Positions 60,595 to 64,000 of a stretch of 64,000 bases of DNA are shown here, one piece after another (position 1 is the stretch's first letter; each line of letters starts with the position of its first letter). The notes under the pieces were generated by a model. The model had not been told where the DNA came from and did not search any database. It saw only the letters and a list, made by a program, of their open reading frames with translations. This DNA is from Bdellovibrionales bacterium (GTDB lineage Bacteria > Bdellovibrionota > Bdellovibrionia > Bdellovibrionales > UBA1609), in contig CBDHDF010000010.1 of the NCBI GenBank assembly GCA_965261545.1, positions 256,001 through 320,000 of the forward strand. Direction: 5' to 3'. The position numbers and the translations under genes are program-made.

Positions 60595-62673
60595 ATGAAG
60601 AAACTTCTCAAGTTTATGATGGCCATTCTGGCGTCTATGATAGGGACATTTCTGGCATTTACTGTCTTCTTCTTGTTTTTGATTTCCTCGTTCGTGACTT
60701 TGGGTACTTTCTTGGGGGGCACTCAACTGAAATGGGAAGGACATCAGTGGGGCACTGAGTTTTCTCAAATCAAGGACTCTTCTGTTTTAAGATTGGTGTT
60801 GGAGGGTGTTCTTCAAGACCGTAGTCCTGCATTCAGTTATTCAGTTATTTTCCAAGACCAGCCCGATGCCATAGGTTTGTACGAAATCACTCAAACTCTA
60901 AGAGCCGCAGCTAAAGATGATCGCATTAAGGCTTTGCTCATAGAGTTTAGAAATTTGAAGTCTGGTATAGCCAATATGGAGTCTCTGAGGAGCGAGGTTT
61001 TGAAGTTTAAAGAATCGGGCAAACCTGTGATTGCCTATGGGGAGTCTTATAGTGAAAAGGATTATATTGTGGCTTCAGTGGCGGATGAAGTGGCTCTTTA
61101 TCCAAAGGGAGTTTTTGAGTGGAATGGCCTTTTTGCCAAACTGATTTATTTTAAAAACTCTCTAAATAAGTTGGAAGTGGTTCCTCAGGTATTTCGTACG
61201 GGGAAATACAAAAGTGGAGTGGAGCCTTTTACGGAAGAAAAAATGAGTGTCAGCCAGCGCGAGCAGCTGGATGCTATATTAGAAGTCAGTTGGAGCCAAG
61301 TGTTGAAATATGCTAGCGAAAAAACTCAACTATCTTTCAGTGAGTTAAACTCATTGGCTGAAAACTATCACCTTTTTCTTGCATTACAAGCTAAAGAAAA
61401 GGGGTTTGTGGATTTACTAGCTTCTGAGAGTGACATTGAGGAGAGGCTTATGAATATAGTGGGGGTTCAGGATGATGATTCTCATAAAATTATTGGACTT
61501 TCTGCACTTAGTGCCTTCAATGGGTCCGCCACCAGTGAGTCCATGTCCACGAGAGAACCACCGAATAGCTTTCCCCGCCCCCATTCTTCCAACGACCACT
61601 CCACCAGTGACTCCCATGCCTCCAACGCCTTGGATGATAAGCTTGAACCGGTTTCAGTGGAAGAGCTTGGGCCTGAATCCGAATCGGTTTCAGTTGGTGA
61701 TTCATGTTCAACTGACTGTGTAAACTATGTAAGTTGGAAGTCTTTTTATCGCCAGGTTGTTACGCCTGACTTGAAGTCAATGAAGAACATTGAGAAGAGT
61801 TGGAAGAAAGACAAGGTGGCTGTGATTTTTGCCAGCGGTGGTATTCAGGGAGATTCTTCTGAATCCACGGGTGTTATTGGTTCCAAGGAATTTTCAGAGA
61901 TCATGGGAAAGGTGGTTCGGGATGACGATATCAAAGCCGTGGTTTTGAGAATCAATAGTCCGGGTGGAGGTTTTCTTGCCTCTGATGTGATTTGGTCGTC
62001 CACGAAAAGGTTTAAGGGTAAAAAACCTTTGGTGGCCTCCTTTGGGAATGTGGCTGCCAGTGGAGGTTACTATATTGCCATGGGAAGTGATTATATTTTT
62101 TCAGAACCAACGACTGTGACGGGCTCCATTGGTGTTTTTGGAATATATCCATCGACGGAGAATTTTTTTAAGAACAAGGTTGGAGTGACGTTTGATACAG
62201 TCAAGACTCACCCCTTTGCGGATACCATGATGACAGAGCGCCTTTTAAACTCAGAAGAGCGCACAAGAATTCAAGGAATGATAGATTATTTTTATCAAGA
62301 TTTTTTAAATGTTGTCGCCGATGGTCGTTCTACGTTTAAAGCTGCGGAGGAAGCCCATAAGGTGGCACAGGGGCGAGTTTGGATTGGTAAGGAAGCCAAG
62401 GAAAAAGGTCTTGTGGATGAACTTGGAAATTTGATGCAGGCTATTGATAAATCTGTAGAATTGGCTGAGCTAGAGGACTATGAGATTGTACTCTACCCTA
62501 GAGCACGCTCTCCATGGGAGGAGATTTTTCGTCATTTCATGGATGTTTCAGTGGGATGGGGTGAGCAGTTTCTTCCCGACTTGTTGACAGATATCATAAG
62601 GGAAAGGACTGATGGACGGGCGTCTCCCTTTCATATTCATGCAAGACTGCCCTTTTCTATAGATATTAACTAA
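60595..62673 (+). CDS. sppA: Signal peptide peptidase SppA (67 kDa type)
   Basis: AAKDDRIK, GKYKS (catalytic Lys), LRINSPGG, AASGGY (catalytic Ser), TGSIGV, AQGRVW.G. Confidence 0.93.
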   Translation: MKKLLKFMMAILASMIGTFLAFTVFFLFLISSFVTLGTFLGGTQLKWEGHQWGTEFSQIKDSSVLRLVLEGVLQDRSPAFSYSVIFQDQPDAIGLYEITQTLRAAAKDDRIKALLIEFRNLKSGIANMESLRSEVLKFKESGKPVIAYGESYSEKDYIVASVADEVALYPKGVFEWNGLFAKLIYFKNSLNKLEVVPQVFRTGKYKSGVEPFTEEKMSVSQREQLDAILEVSWSQVLKYASEKTQLSFSELNSLAENYHLFLALQAKEKGFVDLLASESDIEERLMNIVGVQDDDSHKIIGLSALSAFNGSATSESMSTREPPNSFPRPHSSNDHSTSDSHASNALDDKLEPVSVEELGPESESVSVGDSCSTDCVNYVSWKSFYRQVVTPDLKSMKNIEKSWKKDKVAVIFASGGIQGDSSESTGVIGSKEFSEIMGKVVRDDDIKAVVLRINSPGGGFLASDVIWSSTKRFKGKKPLVASFGNVAASGGYYIAMGSDYIFSEPTTVTGSIGVFGIYPSTENFFKNKVGVTFDTVKTHPFADTMMTERLLNSEERTRIQGMIDYFYQDFLNVVADGRSTFKAAEEAHKVAQGRVWIGKEAKEKGLVDELGNLMQAIDKSVELAELEDYEIVLYPRARSPWEEIFRHFMDVSVGWGEQFLPDLLTDIIRERTDGRASPFHIHARLPFSIDIN

Positions 62674-62711
62674 AAATAAAGCGATGATTTAGAGAGAAGG
62701 GAATTGAGTTC

Positions 62712-64000
62712 ATGGATTCTGCAGAAAAAGAGCGTCAGGTTGTTTTGGTGGAGGGAGTTCGAACTCCCTTTGCCAAGGCGGGGAAGCAGCTTAAAGATCT
62801 CCATGCACTGGAGTTGGGAAGGGCCGCCTTGGTTGAGTTGGTAGCCAAAACTCAATTGGATGTCAAAGAAGTCGATGAAATCATTGTTGGGAATGTGGGA
62901 AGTCCCGCAGATGCGGTGAATGTCTCTAGAGTTATTGCTTTGAGGTCAGGGTTTCCCTTGAAAACATCTGCTTGTACAGTTCACCGCAACTGTGCTTCGG
63001 GTCTAGAGAGTATTACTTCGGGTTACGAAAAAATTAGATCGGGGACCATGGATGTCGTCGTGGCAGGTGGTACAGAGAGCATGTCTCAGATGCCCCTTCT
63101 TTTTACCAAAGAACTCCAAGACCTTTTTGGAAAATTTGTTTTTTCAAAGACAGTGGGGGATAAGCTCAAGGTTTTGAAGAAATTGAAACTAAAATATTTA
63201 ACACCCCGAGTGGCGATTGTGGAGGGACTTACAGACCCCTTTGAGGGAATCAATATGGGAGAAACAGCTGAGGTTCTCGCCCGTGAGTTTGCCATTGATC
63301 GTCAAGAGCAAGATAAGTTTGCCATTCTGAGTCACCAGAAGGCTGTGGCAGCTATGAAGTGTGGGAGGTTGAGGGAGGAGAGCACACCTCTTTTTATTCC
63401 CCCTCGTTTTGAAGAGGTGATTTACGATGATATTGGCCCCAGAGAAGATCAAAGTGTGGAGAAGCTCCAAAAGCTCAAGCCCTATTTTGATCGTAGATAT
63501 GGAAGTATTACCGTGGGTAATGCTTGTCCTGTCACCGACGGGGCAGCTATGGTTCTTTTGATGAGTCGGAAAAAAGCTGAATCCTTGGGTTACAAGCCTC
63601 TTGCGATCATACGATCCTATGCTTTTGTGGGTTTAGAGCCCAAGCGTATGGGATTGGGGCCTGTTTATTCCACGCCGGTGGCTTTGGAGAGGGCGGGACT
63701 TTCTATGAAAGACATAGGTCTTGTAGAGATCAATGAAGCTTTTGCGGCTCAGGTGCTCGCCTGTTTAAAAGCTTTTGGAAGTCAAACATTTGCTGAAGAG
63801 AAATTGGGTTTGAAGGAGGCTGTGGGTGAGGTGAATCCCGATCTTCTCAATGTCAACGGAGGGGCTATCGCTCTAGGGCACCCCATTGGGGCGACGGGGA
63901 CTCGTCTTGTTTTAACACTGGTGAAAGAAATGCAAAAAACAAATACACAATTTGGTCTCGCCTCATTGTGTATAGGCGGAGGTCAAGGTGGAGCCATCAT
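62712..64000 (+). CDS. Acetyl-CoA C-acyltransferase (thiolase), runs off the window end; absent from the ORF track
   Basis: Manual translation from ATG 62712: VRTPFAK, TVHRNCASG, GGTESMS, EINEAFA, NVNGGAIALGHPIGATG, SLCIGGGQG. Confidence 0.93.
   Translation, partial: MDSAEKERQVVLVEGVRTPFAKAGKQLKDLHALELGRAALVELVAKTQLDVKEVDEIIVGNVGSPADAVNVSRVIALRSGFPLKTSACTVHRNCASGLESITSGYEKIRSGTMDVVVAGGTESMSQMPLLFTKELQDLFGKFVFSKTVGDKLKVLKKLKLKYLTPRVAIVEGLTDPFEGINMGETAEVLAREFAIDRQEQDKFAILSHQKAVAAMKCGRLREESTPLFIPPRFEEVIYDDIGPREDQSVEKLQKLKPYFDRRYGSITVGNACPVTDGAAMVLLMSRKKAESLGYKPLAIIRSYAFVGLEPKRMGLGPVYSTPVALERAGLSMKDIGLVEINEAFAAQVLACLKAFGSQTFAEEKLGLKEAVGEVNPDLLNVNGGAIALGHPIGATGTRLVLTLVKEMQKTNTQFGLASLCIGGGQGGAI

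Overview
Chromosomal, mostly housekeeping window from a bacterium whose gene content points to Bdellovibrionota (RomR-like regulator, Bd1971-like cNMP-EAL proteins, MaeB, AddAB). The taxonomy is inferred, not searched. Contents in order: romR, lptG, an ankyrin lipoprotein, a TonB receptor with a Vibrio-type ttpB-ttpC-exbB-exbD-tonB-ttpD cluster, a pdxJ-gloB-thioesterase-aroA-aroKDE operon, maeB-hflX, an accessory patch beside tRNA-Ser(GGA), two tandem cNMP-EAL paralogues, a MutS-domain-V/MscS fused ORF, an ABC-2 transporter, an RDD/rhomboid pair, sucA-sucB-lpdA, coaE-addB-addA, a Ser/Thr kinase, hemA-hemC(D), sppA and a thiolase cut by the window end. No CRISPR array, rRNA, transposase or integrase was seen. 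The most notable observations are five. (1) A membrane MutS-like ATPase is fused in frame to an MscS channel through a duplicated junction. (2) Short tandem duplications are pervasive, inserting low-complexity loops into core enzymes and building intergenic spacers from copies of gene ends. (3) The two cNMP-EAL paralogues show complementary degeneracy. (4) aroA plus AroK-AroD-AroE follow the fungal AROM domain order. (5) Several orphan secreted proteins occur, two with near-perfect sigma54 promoters.
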